From an uncultured Candidatus Saccharibacteria bacterium (GTDB lineage Bacteria > Patescibacteriota > Saccharimonadia > Saccharimonadales > Saccharimonadaceae), in NCBI GenBank assembly GCA_964535835.1, contig CAZHUZ010000001.1, forward strand, positions 53,800 to 110,966: a DNA stretch of 57,167 bases, written 5' to 3'. Below, in pieces: positions 56,443 through 57,167 of the stretch (the stretch's first letter is position 1; every line of letters starts with the position of its first letter). The notes beneath the pieces are model-generated. The model ran no database searches. It worked only from the letters and a program-made list of their open reading frames with translations, and was not told the origin of the DNA. Made by a program: the position numbers and the translations under genes.

Positions 56443-57012
56443 CTAAAGGTTCTGTATTGGTGAAAAAATGGAAGCCGATGTCTCTGGCATCGGTATATCC
56501 AATGATGAGCCGTGCATACGATTCCACCTTTCGATACGCGCCCTCACGTGATCTTTCGAAGTATAGCCTAATGAACGCATCATGCTAGTATCCGCCAATG
56601 AACGATGCGACGTAAAGGGGTGCATAGCTATTGCCGCCATTGCTATGTTTGGTATTGATGCTGGGCCAATGATGTGGGCGAATATAGCTGTTTTTGTCGC
56701 AGCGTCAGGCTTTTCAAGAGCAAAATATTTTACGCCGCGCGCACCTACTTCTAGGGCGCATTTTGCATGGGCGAGCTCATGCCCTGACGCTTCGTCTGAG
56801 AGCCAGGGCTTTGATTCTGGAAAATAGTTTCTTGACATATAGTCGTGTAGCTCACCAACGGTGTCAAAATACTGTCTCTCTGCTTTCGGAGAGAAATCGT
56901 GAATTTCGTATGGTCTGTCGTCAACTAGGTCGGCAAGATCGTCCTCCGTGAGCAAGTCGAATACACGGCGTCGTTCGCTGTCATCTAGTTGGCTAAATTC
57001 TGCATAGCGCAT
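56443..57012 (-). CDS. hypothetical protein with HExxH (HELAH) zinc-metallopeptidase-like motif
   Basis: 189-aa intact ORF with ATG start, an acidic N-terminus and SGHELAHAKCAL. No family recognised beyond the motif. Confidence 0.45.
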   Translation of the reverse strand: MRYAEFSQLDDSERRRVFDLLTEDDLADLVDDRPYEIHDFSPKAERQYFDTVGELHDYMSRNYFPESKPWLSDEASGHELAHAKCALEVGARGVKYFALEKPDAATKTAIFAHIIGPASIPNIAMAAIAMHPFTSHRSLADTSMMRSLGYTSKDHVRARIERWNRMHGSSLDIPMPETSASIFSPIQNL

Positions 57013-57112
57013 GTAAGTAATACATTATACTATTGAATGATAATTGTCAAGCTATTGTGCTGATTTTCGGTCCGTAGCTACAATGACAATCCCTTATGTA
57101 GACCTACATGCC

Positions 57113-57167
57113 TATTGACACCTTCCGCTTCAAGGCTCCTTCTTTTCGGCGGGTCGGGTCGGGGGCG
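57113..57167. repeat. right copy of the inverted repeat, truncated by the window end
   Basis: Perfect reverse-complement match to 56305-56359. The match is still running at the last base of the window. Confidence 0.95.

Noticed and set aside
1-57167. CRISPR arrays, tRNA/rRNA genes, and transposase or integrase genes.
   Set aside because: No regularly spaced direct repeats were seen. No tRNA-like T-arm (GGTTCGAATCC-type) was seen outside coding sequence. No ORF has transposase or recombinase motifs. Non-coding space is limited to a few spacers of 350 nt or less, all inspected.

Overview
This 57.2-kb window is gene-dense bacterial chromosome, roughly 45% G+C by eye. No rRNA, tRNA, CRISPR array, transposase or integrase was detectable by reading.

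The gene content suggests a reduced-genome Patescibacteria/CPR organism, possibly Saccharibacteria-like. That assignment is inference only. It rests on:
- gatCAB
- a split transketolase
- a compact gap-rpiB-rpe-tkt-pfkB-fba operon
- a short RelA/SpoT
- queuosine salvage only (yhhQ+tgt)
- many small membrane proteins

Layout:
- **0-20 kb:** minus-strand housekeeping genes (galU, gatB/A/C, uvrB, central-carbon operon), plus relA/spoT, a NUDIX gene and ppa.
- **20-30 kb:** redox and repair genes (trxB, NrdH-like glutaredoxin, msrA, msrB), an ABC exporter and a P-type cation ATPase. This stretch also holds a small G+C-shifted islet with a Cys-rich peptide gene and a structured non-coding segment.
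- **30.4-38.2 kb:** an accessory defence island, detailed below.
- **38-57 kb:** yhhQ/tgt, a membrane-fused Mo-oxidoreductase with a NarK-like MFS transporter, and pheST. Then come an ion/water homeostasis cluster (MIP channel, DUF475, DUF1622, NRAMP, CorA, MscS) and an HExxH gene bracketed by perfect inverted repeats of at least 55 bp that run off the window end.

The best candidate for an undescribed system is a tightly coupled three-gene operon in the defence island:
- a PLD(HKD)-nuclease/SNF2-helicase fusion
- a nuclease-less type IIG/Eco57I-like N6-adenine methyltransferase with its own target-recognition domain
- a 258-aa protein with an HEPN-type R-x4-H motif

A membrane-anchored Mrr-type nuclease gene converges on this operon. 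All family calls come from motif recognition in the translated ORFs. No database search was run.
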